This document shows, in pieces, positions 52,106-64,000 of a stretch of 64,000 bases of DNA (position 1 is its first letter; each line of letters starts with the position of its first letter). Source of the stretch: Octopus sinensis (taxonomy: Eukaryota); contig NC_043001.1 of assembly GCF_006345805.1 (NCBI RefSeq), positions 26,164,001 to 26,228,000 on the forward strand, given 5' to 3'. Both the position numbers and the translations under genes were made by a program. Below the pieces are notes generated by a model, which saw nothing but the letters and a program-made list of their open reading frames with translations, made no database searches and was not told the DNA's origin.

Positions 52106-52303
52106 GTATATGCATATATAGCAGGTATCTGTCAGTCTCGAGAAGCCATGAATCTCTGCCCAAAGAAATTGTGTCTGCCGCTGATGGTGGTGCAGCATCT
52201 ATTGTAGCTAAACAGGCCCACACACGGGAGTGGCAGTCATGCATATAGTGACTGCATTTGAAAGAGCTCTCTCTCTCTCCCTCTCTCTCTATGTATATAT
52301 ATA

Positions 52304-52342
<39 letters not shown>

Positions 52343-52446
52343 TATATATACCGGAGTAAACACATAAATGTGAAACAGGGTGGAAAAAAGAGTACTCAAA
52401 TACCAGGGGTAGAGTAATATGCTTTATTTAAAAGCAGCAGAAATTC

Positions 52447-52499
52447 AACAAAACCTGTTACTCGGAGTTTCACGTTCCCGTTCGTCGGACAGTTTTGTT
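52447..52499 (-). ncRNA. Minimal type I hammerhead ribozyme motif in a PLE-like terminal repeat next to (TA)n
   Basis: Minus strand reads AACAAAACTGT-CCGACGA-ACG-GGAA-CGT-GAA-ACTC-C-GAGT-A-ACAG-G-TTTTGTT; all three stems pair; core has U4 to C. Confidence 0.72.
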
Positions 52500-53709
52500 A
52501 AAATAGAACTGATATGACAATTCTATCAAGACTAGTATAAACGTTACACCTTTAAAAATGAACTTGTTTGATTGGTCCTTTCAAATAACGGTCATATGCG
52601 AGCGATAAACAAAAATGAGTTCAATATAAAATATAAAATTATATAAGTCAAGGAAAAACCTTAAATCGAATCTTTGGTTAAAATACATATTGTCATTAAT
52701 AAAGAAAATATAATTAATACATAGAAATTGAAATTAAAATATTAAAATATATTAAAATATTTCACAACAGTACATACTCATACTAAACTATTAAAGCAGA
52801 CATCTTCTATAAACCCACAGCACCACTAAGTATGTCTGTGTACTCTAATAGATGCAAGGAATGCAGGCTACTGATGAACAATGCCAGAGACATGATTCTG
52901 GTAAGCTGAATTAGCAACATGGTTTCAAATCCTAACTGTGCTATTTCATTTCTGCTTTGCTCCTCTAGTATCTATCTATGGCCCAAATGTAACAGAAGCA
53001 TGATAGATTTTGTTCAGCAGACATACACGTGACACCCTTAAATCAACACAAAACAATCAATGATGCTGTCACAACAAGATAAAAAGCTACCAGACATTTC
53101 CAGCCTTATATTATTCATATTTTTTTACTGAGAGAAAATGAAACGCAAAGTCAAGCTTGGTGGCCTTTGAACTTGGAAATACAATACACAACAAACTGGG
53201 ATACTGTAACAGATCCAATTTGGTTCTCTGCTGTTTACATCATTACTAATATATTATTAATGAGGATAGGGCAGTGGGTGGTAGCTGTTCCTCTCTGCTC
53301 AAAACTTGTACCAATGTTAGAAATAAATATATTATTAATAACAATTGTATAATTAACCAACTAGAACATGTTGTATTGATTTCTTTTGACAAACCATAAG
53401 AACAATTCTATTTGATGGTTAGGAATAATAGTTGTTGAATTAACCTCAAAGTAATTTCAGCATATTCTCTAATAATTATTATTAATGAGTTATATCATAC
53501 TATAATAATGCTATAATAATGATTACTTTAGAATAATCACAAGATCAGTTCTGTGAGGTGAGGAGATGTAGTCGATATATATCAACTGCAGTCTATTACT
53601 GGTATTTAATTTATCAACTTCGAAGGGTGAAAAGTAAATTCAACCCCAGTAAGATTTGAACTCAGAACAAGGCACAAAGGTAGATATAATAATATTTTAC
53701 TCAATTCGA

Positions 53710-53922
53710 AGGTGGCGAGCAGGCAGAAACTTTAGCACGCCGGATGAAATGCTTAGCAATATTTTGTCTGTCTTTACATTCTGAGTTCAAATTCCAGCTA
53801 GGTTGACTTTGCCTTTCATCCTTTTAGTGTCGATAAATTAAGTACCAGTTGCATACTGGGGTCAATTTAATTGACTGGCTCCCTCCCCAAAAATTTCGGG
53901 CCTTGTGCCTAGAGTAGAAAAG
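53710..53922 (+). mobile_element. SINE family C, full length
   Basis: 17-bp TSD AATATTTTACTCAATTC (53691-53707, 53923-53939); GAGTTCAAATTCC B-box-like. Confidence 0.88.
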
Positions 53923-56900
53923 AATATTTTACTCAATTCAACTTTCTATTATATTTACCATCTTCACTATATACTCCCAAAACTGTTAAATAGCAACAGG
54001 ACATACAAACTTAAGTTTGTCATATTTAGGTGAAAACAAATCTAACTCAAGTAAAATATGATTGCTGTATGTCCCTTTCCTATTCCCTTACATAATAAAA
54101 AAAATATTTGATCCAATTACAAACTAAGAAGTTAATGAAAGAAAAGAAAAAGAAATATATTTTGTTTGTATATATGATCAGTATTTGGATAGATTTTGCA
54201 TTACTAAATACTGTGGCCACTAACACTTGAAAGAAACTGTGTTGCAATGTGTGGGAATATAATCTTTTATTGCAATTTTCTTTTCTTTGTAGCAGGTTTT
54301 GTGTTTCTTATAAACTGTGAGCATATATCATGTTGAATAATACTGAGTAATATACTTGATTTCTAGACAACTTGATTAAAAAAAAAAATTTAGTAATCAT
54401 TGATTAAAATTTTCGGTTTCCAAGCTTCAGTAATTTCTGAGATACTAGAATGAACACTAAAGAGATCAAACAAGCAAACAAATAAGATAAAAATAATATT
54501 AAATATTTTTTGATGGTCGTACATGGCTGGATAGGGAGAATGATGATAGTAATGCATGAAAAAATCAGTGAATAATGTGAATTTCATATCCTATGGCTGC
54601 CTTCATTAACAGAGCAATATCAGAGGATATACTATGAGTCTATGAGTATATGCTGTGATATGTTTCATCAACTATTCTACATATTTCATATTTTCTGCAC
54701 TATAAATAATTATTTGTAATGCCACACTCTGATTTACATTTATGAAATAACATTCAAATTTAATTAACTCCATTTCAATAGCTCCATAACCGAAGCAGGA
54801 TAAGCAGGTTGTTAAAATGAGTCTATATCATAAGAATTTAGAATATTTGGGAGACATGAAGTAAATCATTTTTAACAGTTAAATTCAAAGTAGATAAAGC
54901 TATAAATAATAGCATGTAAATAGTGGATTAAAAAGCCCCTTGGATTGAAGAAGTTGAAGGCTGCCCACAGCATACAATTCTTGCAAGTAAGAACAAAGCT
55001 TTTAAAATGGCTGGAGAAATTCAAAGGATTGCTTTGGTACATGGTAAAATATCTGTTATGATTTTAGAAGATATGAATTCAGGTCCAATGGGCAACCTCA
55101 GACATTTTTCTAAGTGTTTTTTTTTTATATGCTATTATTTATAGCTTTATGTTCTTCAAGTTCCACAGTTAAAAATGATTTGTCTAAAACAAGTAATTGT
55201 TACTCCCAACAACATCAAAAATAACATATTTTCTAATGTTGAACAAAATCATGTTTATAGGAGACTAAACAGGTCTCAAATTTTCTAAATTATAGAAGAG
55301 AGAAACTTCTAATAATTTCACTTGAAATAATTTAAGAACTAACTTCATGCTGCACCCTTTTGTTACCAAATTTTTTCTGAAATGCACTGCTTTGTTTCAA
55401 TTAATTTTGAAAATAAGGAAGAATTTTCTAAACTAACTTTGTTATCAAGCTCATGCTTGGAACAAATTAACAAGCAGTTCTGATGGAAGATTTTAATTTG
55501 AATCACTTTAAAACAGGTAGTTTGTCTTGTAGAACTATGGGTGATGTCAAGCAGGTTGGTATTGAAAGAGTTAAAAACCAAAGACAATCAAATAATGGGT
55601 GGCAAGAAGAGAAATTCTTTGAGGATGTTTTGCAAAATGTAAAACCTAGATTGGGAAGTATTCTTACACGAATGCTTCTAGATTTATCTTTGCCCATTTA
55701 GAGTTTTAAAGAAGGAAAAAATAATGAAAATAAAGTAAAAATATTAGTTTTACAATGTCTTTTATCAAGATTGAGATAAAATAATGTCTCTTTCGAAAGA
55801 GACATTATTTTAAACAGAAAGGAAATTTAAATTTTCAACTTGCTTTCACCGTTCTTAGAATATAAATTACTAAGAGAACTTACTCAGTGATGCAATGGAA
55901 ATTACTTAGTGATGTATAGAAAGCAACAGTCAAGTTACTATAGTTGATGCAGAGAGCATTAAAGAAACTTGCAGTGAGAAAAAAACAATATTAGTCAATG
56001 ACTAATGTTATTTTTATTTTTTCCAACAAGTACAAGAGAAACTCCAGACATATTTTAATCATATTAGTCTTCTTCTGAAAAGCATACTTCAACATCTTAG
56101 TGATGCAGTGATGAGAAAATCATTGACTGATGTTTACTTCATCAATCCCAATACTCACAGTAGTAATAGTAGTATGGAGCCATGCCCTGTAACAGCGTAT
56201 TGCTTCACCCACCATTTGTTGGTGATTCACTACTCCTGGTGGATGGCACCTTTGTACCACCCAAGGAACAACCCTCCAACACATGGGTCTGTTTGGGTAG
56301 TTGTTACTGGCAAGGATTTTACAAGGTTGGAGTGCAAATCCTACCTCTGCCTCTTTTAGTCACCTTTCTATGTCGCACAGAGAAAATGCTGGGTCTATTC
56401 TTTGATATGCCAGCCCCAACACAGCACTAGAGCAACATGAAATGAAGTGTTTTGTTCAAGAACACTAACATGTTACCTGATTTGGGAATTAACCCCACAA
56501 TCTGGCAATCGTGAGTGCTATACTCAAGCCACTAGGCCGTGCACCTTCACAATACTTAATTCATTAATCCCAATGCATAACTGATAATTATTTCATCAAC
56601 TCAATATTTGATCAATGCTTACACCAGCCCTGGTAACTAACTGGTCCTTATTTCATCAGCTATTCCCTCTCAGAAAGACAAAAGGGGAAGTCCTCTTTGG
56701 TAAGATTTGAACCCAAAATGTAAGGCATGTCGTCTTATACAATACATTTACTGAAAATATATTTGCTATGGCTATGAGTGCAAGCATTGTTATGTGATTG
56801 AGAAATTTGCTTTCAAACCACATGGTTTCAGTTTCAGTTTTATTACATAGCACTTTGGACAAGCATGTTTTTTTTTTATAGAACTGGGCTGACCAAAGCC

Positions 56901-57833
56901 TTTGAGTGGATTTGATAGACAGAAACTAGAAGAGGCTTGCCATACACACGTGTGTGTGCATGCATGTGTGTCTAAGTATATCAACATTCACACTTCAAAA
57001 ATTCCTAGCTACAAGTGGTGACATTAATTTTTTCTGTAAACATATCATTTACTAGCTTTGTGCCTTTGAAGAAGTGTGGAATAAGGGACCCCTTTATTTG
57101 AAAAACAGGTAATGGTTAGCAACAGGAAAAGCATCTCACTGTAAAAATATCAATTCTTCAATAATATATACGTCTAACTTATGCTAATATGGGGAAAAAT
57201 ACAGTTGTAAAAATGAACAAATGAATTATGAATGAAAATTAGCATATTTTAGAAAATAAATTATAGACAAAAATTTTACAGTAGAAGGTATTTTACTTAA
57301 AATAGAAACAAAGATAAATAGTTCATCAGGTATTATGATGTCTTTTTGAGAAACAGCTGTTAAGATTATAAGAAAAAATAATAAACAGAGCACAAAACAA
57401 TGGAAGTAATTAATGAAAAGGAAAAAATGAGAAAAAAATGCATATTTAATAATTTTTAAGGAAGTAGGCCTTAATCTTATTATTTAGCAAAATACGTTCA
57501 CTGGGGAGCCAATATTGCGTAGCTCTACATGTTGCTTCCCATTTTTATCCCTTCTGATTCCAACCCACCTAAAACTGCCCCTGGTCTTATGATACAAACA
57601 ACCTATTTTAAAGTGATTTTAATTTAAACATCAAAATCTCATGTTAATTTATGTTTCAAATACCAGCTTAATAATAATGACTAAATTATTTTACTAAATT
57701 CTTCATTATTTTTTAAAGTAATTAAAACAAAGACAGTGTATGTCTACAGAAATATGGTAACAAAAGTGTTATATTATATTTTCTAATATTTCAAAGGCCA
57801 AAATAAGTAACATTTCATTGAAAGACAAATATT

Positions 57834-58313
57834 CTTTTCTACTCTAGGCACAAGGCCCAAAATTTTTGGGGAGGGGGCCAGTCGATTAGATTAACCCCAA
57901 TACACAGCTGGTACTTAATTTCTTTTCTACACTAGGTACAGGGCCCAAATTTTTTGGGAAGGGGGCCAGTTGATTAGATTGACCCCAATACACAACTGGT
58001 ACTTAATTTCTTTTCTACACAAGGCACAAGGCCTGAAATTTTGGAGGAAGGGGCCAGTCGATTAGATTGACCCCAGTACACAGCTGGTACTAAATTTCTT
58101 TTCTACACTAGGCACAGGGCCCGAAATTTTTTTGGGGTGGAGGGCAATGGATTAGATCAACCCCAGCATGCAACTGGTACTTAATTTATTGACCCCAAAA
58201 GGATGAAAGGCAAAGTCAGCCTTGGCGGAATTTGAACTCAGAATGTAAAGACAGATGAAATACCACTAAGCATTTCGCCCAGTGTGTTAACACTTCTGCC
58301 AGCTCGCTGCCTT
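57834..58313 (-). mobile_element. SINE family C with its ~88-bp 3' end present four times
   Basis: Units at about 57832, 57919, 58007 and 58096; 17-bp TSD ATTGAAAGACAAATATT (57817-57833, 58314-58330). Confidence 0.88.
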
Positions 58314-58535
58314 ATTGAAAGACAAATATTGCATCAGGGTTTATAATTTGGCATTTCAGAATATACATATTCATTGACCAGTGAACAATTAGAAATATCA
58401 ATATGCTTTCTTTCCTTTTCTGTTCTTTTTTTCTTCTTTGTTATGTTCTAAGGGTTTTTCAAGAAATGTCATACACAAATATTTCTCTTTCTTCAAAGAA
58501 ATAATACATTTTATCAAAATAAATATGATGCTTAC

Positions 58536-58692
58536 CAAACTGGTGCTGTAAGTGCCATAAAGACCGAGAGTCCTGATGTAACTATGCATAGCAAAGGGAA
58601 CACTAAGACTAATAAGAAACTCCCAAAACCGCCTTTCAATACAAAGTTCCAGAAACGATTTAAATGACGGGTAAAACTTTTTCCCAAGAAGC
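58536..58692 (-). CDS. Coding exon B (G-FLGKSFTRHLNRFWNFVLKGGFGSFLLVLVFPLLCIVTSGLSVFMALTAPV-W), hydrophobic TM-like segment
   Basis: 157 nt; ttttcag acceptor, gtaagc donor; phase 1 to 2, compatible with exons A and C. Confidence 0.92.
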
Positions 58693-58870
58693 CTGAAAAT
58701 TAAAGAAAAAGAAAAATCAATATTTTTTCAGTTCATACATACTTGTACATAAAGCAGAAGTTCCTATCATGCTTTGAATATTAAATCATAAAACTGGAAT
58801 ATTTTCAAAATTTTATTTATTTTTCTTTTTAATTTTGGTGAATTTCTTTTATACTTTAAAAGAATAAACA

Positions 58871-59032
58871 GGCATAGGAGTGGCTGTGTGGTAAGTAGCT
58901 TGCTTACCAACCACATGGTTCTGGGTTCAGTCCCACTGCGTGGAACCTTGGCCAAGTGTCTTTTACTATAGCCTTGGGCCGACCAAAGCCTTGTGAGTGG
59001 AATTGGTAGATGGAAACTGAAAGAAGCCCATC

Positions 59033-59109
<77 letters not shown>

Positions 59110-59340
59110 TGTGTCTGTGTGTCTGTGTGTGTACGTGTTTGTGTGTCTGTGTTTGTCCCCCCAACATCACTTGACAACTGATGCTGGTGTGTTTACGTCG
59201 CCGTCACTTAGCGGTTCGGCAAAAGAGACCGATAGAATAAGTACTAGGCTTACAAAGAATAAGTCCTGGGGTTGATTTGCTTGACTAAAGGCGGTGCTCC
59301 AGCATGGCCACAGTCAAATGACTGAAACAAGTAAAAGAGT
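58871..59340 (+). mobile_element. SINE family A, full length, long (TG)n centre
   Basis: Matches 5128-5510 and 20890-21308. Confidence 0.85.
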
Positions 59341-59584
59341 ATGCCAATATGTTCTAAAAACTAAACATCATTTCATTCCTGCTCATGTAAAACAGAAACA
59401 GTTTATCCTTTAACATAGAAACAGAATTAAAAGTTAATATTAATAAAATTTCTATGTAACTTTTTAAACAGCCCGGCACCCACAACTTACAGAAATAATT
59501 TTTTGCACTCAGAATTATCAAAGCTTGGAAGAAACTACTCGCGTCAGTTGTTAGCTATCAGGACAGTGCATCCTTCAAGAATTC

Positions 59585-59825
59585 CTTCATCATCATCATC
59601 ATCATTTAGCGTCCACTTTCCATGCTAGCGTGGGTTGGACGGTTCAAGTGGGGTCTGGGAAGCCAGAAGGCTGCACCAAGCCCAGTCTGATCTGGCAATG
59701 TTTCTACGGTTGGATGCCCTTCCTAACACCAACCACTCCATGAGTGTAGTGTGTGCTTTTTACGTGCCAGACAAGGCTGGCAAATGGCTACGGTTGGATG
59801 GTGCTTTTTACGTGCCTCCGGCGCT
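59585..59825 (-). mobile_element. Repeat family B copy
   Basis: (CAT)n tail plus family core. Confidence 0.75.
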
Positions 59826-60033
59826 TACTGAAATTCACCAACACTACTCTTGACATGCTTAATGACACTCTGTCCTTTTTATGACTTTGAATGTTCTCTT
59901 TTCTATTTTTTGTATTTCAAACTTCTAGCTTTCATTGAGGTCTTTCATTATTTGACTTATTGCTGCTTTTTTCCCCTCTCTTTTAGTTTTTTTTTTTGAT
60001 AAGTTGTAGTACACCTGAGCCACTGTATACAAT

Positions 60034-60371
60034 TGAGACCCCCTTCGGTCATGACTGACCGTGGGATTGCACCTAGAAAGTTATCCTCCCAGGCACAAGT
60101 CCAAGCAAGGTTGTTTATGGAAGACCAGCAGTCGCCCATGCATACCAGCCTCTCCTCTACACGCCACCAGTGTTATCCAAGGGAAAGGCAAAGGCCAATA
60201 CAGCTTGGCACCAGTGATGTTGCAACTCATTTCTACAGCTGAGTGAACTGGAGCAACATGAACTAAAGTGTCTTGCTCAAGAATACAACACGCAGCCCGG
60301 TCTAGGATTCGAACTCACAACCTCACGATCGTAAGCTCGACGCTCTAACCACTGAGCCATGCACCTTCACT
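60034..60371 (-). mobile_element. tRNA-derived SINE family D (partial second copy about 56425-56550)
   Basis: Minus strand TGGCTCAGTGG A-box and GTTCGAATCC B-box; TATACAAT direct repeat on both flanks. Confidence 0.8.
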
Positions 60372-61042
60372 TATACAATAAGCTCACTTTTATTATTAAT
60401 ATTATTTTTAAAAATTTACATTGCTGTAATTTTACATTGCACAAAGTAATAAATAAATGAAAATTCTTTTACTGAGAGCTAGAGAAGCTACTTTTATTAA
60501 TATCAAATCATCTGAAACATTCAATTCAATTGACAAATAGATGAAAAATCATGGAAGGAACCTCAAATGGTGATTTAAATCAATTTATTAGAAAACAGTG
60601 ATTTACTGTCAATTATTTTATATTTGAATTAATAATCCAATTCATAAGTCTTATCTACCTGTGGCTCTCCTCCTTCCTTCACTTCATTCATCTCTGTATC
60701 ACTTATACTCCTCCATCTCATCGCCCCATTACCTGTGCTGCTTACAAATGGATGACACATGCTACAGAACATACATGCATTCAATTCCCTCAACCACCTG
60801 TACCAACATCCTTATCACTCTAACACATTCTTCCATCATTAGGTCTATGTATAAGAGACTACATTAAACTATCTGTACCCAGTACAGTTTAACTTTGCCC
60901 TTTGTCTACTGCTAACTACTCTCAACACCCACCACCTCTTGCCTTTGTTAACCTCTGTTATTGTCCAGTACAACCCTTCCTGACACCACCCCAGAAATTA
61001 CTTCTATCATCATACTTCTACTCCTTTCATTCAGCACTTCTT

Positions 61043-61268
61043 ATTTCTTTACTGCCCACAAGGGGCTAAATACAGAGGGGACAAACAAGGACAGACAAAC
61101 GGATTAAGTCAATTATATCGACCCAAGTGCATAACTGGTACTTATCTAATTGACCCCGAAAAGATGAAAGGCAAAGTCGACCTTGGCGGAATTTGAACTC
61201 AGAACGTAGCAGCAGACGAAATACCGCTAAGCATTTCGCCTGATGTGCTAACGTTTCTGCCAGTTCGC
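61043..61268 (-). mobile_element. SINE family C variant with a different 3' end
   Basis: Family core; TSD CTTTCATTCAGCAYTTCTT on both sides. Confidence 0.85.
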
Positions 61269-61959
61269 CTTTCATTCAGCATTTCTTGTCTTTCTGTTGT
61301 CAGCACTCTCTCTCCTCCTTGATCACATTACCTGAGTGAGCAAAGTTACACACCTTAGGTTACAGAGTATTCTCTACACTTATAGCATACAAGGCACTCC
61401 ACCCCTTATGCTGATGTTACTGTAGAAAGTCCACCTGCCTGCCTCAGTCTCTGTGCACCCTCTAGAGGGATTGGTGAGTGAACAGAAGACAAAGAGTCTT
61501 CAGAGCTCTCTTTAGTCCCGTCTTGCTGAGGGCTATTCAACCTCTCCAATGCTGGTGCCACAAGAAAAAGCATCCAATACATTCTGTAAAGTGGTTAAGT
61601 GGTTGCTAATAGGAAGGGTATCTAGTTGTTGAAACCAAGCTAAAATGACACATATGAGCATGAGCCTATGACAGCAGTGGCTCTCAATAAGAAGCATTTG
61701 AGCTCCTGATGGTTCATCCAACCCATGCCAGCATAGAAAGAAGATGTAAAGCAATGATGATGATGATAATTCGTGGAGTTGGAAATCCTTACACAACACT
61801 AAGAAAGCACAGTTTTTTCCTTAAAAGATTCACAAAAATAATTTTAACAATTAATGATCTTTTTTTAAAGATAATATTTATTTAACTAATGAAATATGCC
61901 TTTTTCATCAGATTGTTGCTTGCATCTTATTTGTTAGTTTATGCATATAAAACTCCTAC

Positions 61960-62074
61960 CTGCATGAGGAGCCGCCTCGAAATCTGCTCTTGATTTATGC
62001 ACATTTTGCCACAGCAGTCGTAAACGGGATATCAGTGTATGTACAACATAAGATTCTTTTGGATATAAAACACC
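61960..62074 (-). CDS. Internal coding exon A of an unnamed multi-exon membrane-protein gene (GVLYPKESYVVHTLISRLRLLWQNVHKSRADFEAAPHA+G)
   Basis: 115 nt; polypyrimidine tttttag acceptor and gtagg donor; open frame, phase 0 to 1; G+GC joins exon B in frame. Confidence 0.9.
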
Positions 62075-63106
62075 CTAAAAAAAGGAATAAAAAAAAATTA
62101 AAACATGGTCATGACTTACCAACATTTTCTATGAAGAAAAATTATTGTAACACACCTCTCTCACTCATGCCTTCAATTATAATGCATTCATACTTGGAAG
62201 GTTTTTAACATATGCATACAAATATAAAGGTAGAAACATAAATTAAAATATTTTTCAAAGTATCATATAAAGTAAAAATTCAGCATAAAGAGAGATCAAC
62301 TAGAAGATTGTTTTTTTACAGTTATGAAATACAATGCAAATCTCCAAAAGTGAATAAATAGATAAATAAAGTCTTTGGAGATTATATTCAAATGATAGTG
62401 ATAGAGAAGAATCAAATGGAAAAGTAGCATGGTTTACTTCAGAGTTATGTAGGAGATTTGGAATTAAATGTAGGACTGTACACAATCAGTCTTGAAGATG
62501 CCCAAAAAGGCCTGGAAAATGAATTTTATATTATTATTGCATTGAAATTTGCTTTTCTTTGACAATAAGGGCAAGATATGTCTGCAAAGGAGCATCTTTC
62601 CAGAAAATTCAACTCCACCTTTTCTCACCTACATGGCACAAATTCCTCAAATCATCTTCGTTTACCCAAACCCATTGCACTATTTCACTCATTATACATC
62701 ATCCATTTACATCAGCACAATCATATTTCTTAGATGTATTTGGCTGATGCTTTTTATACTCATGGATTTCCCCAGCATACTGCCATTCATTCTATCCCTC
62801 AGGTTCCTGTTACACATCTAGATATTATTGAACCTATTTCTGTTCTAGTTACTGTTGATCCCATCTCTTCATGGCCTTTATTAGCAAAGTATGAACAGTT
62901 TCACAAAAAATAGAAATAACAAGTAATATTTACATCAACTTGACTGAGTTCCAAGTCTGGCTTGAATGGATGAACACAAAACAAAGCTCGAAAACTAATG
63001 GGACTAAATAAAGGGATTACAACCTGAAAAAAACAAAAAGATTAATAGAAAACAAACAAAAAAAGAAACATTTTTTGTGTGTGTCTTACAATATTCTCAA
63101 AGGTGA

Positions 63107-63236
63107 ACGGTAAGTAACTTGCTTACCAACCACATGGTTGGGCAAGTGTCTTCTACTATAGCCTCGGGCTGACCAAAGGTTTGTGAGTGGATTTGGTAAA
63201 CGGAAACTGAAAGAAGCCCGTCGTATATATGTATAT

Positions 63237-63315
<79 letters not shown>

Positions 63316-63712
63316 TATACATATATACGACGGGCTTCTTTCAGTTTCCGTTTACCAAATCCACTCACAAACCTTTGGTCGGCCCGAAGCTATAGTAGAA
63401 GACACTTGCCCAAGGTGCCACGCAGTGGGACTGAACTCGGAACCATACATATATATATGTATGTATGTATGTGTGTGTGTGTGTGGTGGTGTGTGTGTGT
63501 GTTTGTGTGTTTGTGATTGTCCCCCTAGCATTGCTTGACAACCGATGCTGGTGTGTTTACGTCGCCGTCACTTAGCGGTTCGGCAAAAGAGACCAATAGA
63601 ATAAGTACTGGGCTTACAAAGAATAAGTCCTGGGGTCGATTTGTTCGACTAAAGGCGGTGCTCCAGCATGGCCACAGTCAAATGACTGAAACAAGTAAAA
63701 GAGTAAAAGAGA
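63107..63712 (+). mobile_element. SINE family A with inverted duplication of its 5' half around (TA)n
   Basis: Order is 5' half, (TA)n, inverted 5' half, microsatellite, 3' half. Confidence 0.85.
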
Positions 63713-63887
63713 GACTGTTTGATCATTTTATGAAATGGAGGAGAGGTTTAGAGAGAAGAGTGATAGTGAAACTGTAATTCTAATATCTCAAGTAGTAATA
63801 ATAGGAGCAATAAGAAGAATGAGAAGCAGACATAAGAATAATATAATTAGAAATGGAATAGCTCAAATCTGGATAATTCACAGTAAG

Positions 63888-64000
63888 CAGGAGTGGCTGC
63901 GTGGTAAGTAGCTTGCTTACCAACAACATAGTTCTGGGTTTAGTCCCACTGCGTGGCACCTTGGGCAAGTGTCTTCTACTATAGCCTTGGGCCGACCAAA
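63888..64000 (+). mobile_element. SINE family A 5' end, truncated by the window edge
   Basis: GGAGTGGCTGCGTGGTAAGTAGCTTGCTTACCAAC. Confidence 0.85.

Noticed and set aside
57832-58190. CRISPR-like array (also the family B subrepeats)
   Set aside because: Eukaryotic context, no unique spacers, no cas genes; the units are SINE ends
60290-60370. tRNA gene
   Set aside because: A and B boxes are present, but there is no acceptor stem and it continues into a SINE body with a TSD

Overview
AT-rich, microsatellite-dense animal genomic DNA. The SINE repertoire looks like Octopus (coleoid cephalopod); this is recognition, not a database result. The window is almost entirely intronic. Six phase-compatible GT-AG exons on the minus strand (62074-61960, 58692-58536, 48544-48480, 18189-18052, 15715-15567, 10855-10743; 737 nt) splice into an uninterrupted ~245-aa internal fragment of a hydrophobic, probably multi-pass membrane protein that I cannot name. 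Neither its start nor its stop was found. The introns contain at least four SINE-like families, two decayed mariners nested in a hAT-like MITE, TTAA (piggyBac-like) and TA MITEs, a tandemly triplicated non-autonomous Helitron, a decayed Penelope-like RT/GIY-YIG element, and RTE and R4/Dong LINE fragments. The most notable signals are several minimal hammerhead-ribozyme motifs in Penelope-like terminal repeats (one nearly intact and sense to the host pre-mRNA, one split by a MITE) and many long fold-back inverted repeats. Nearly all entries in the supplied ORF track are microsatellite or repeat artefacts.
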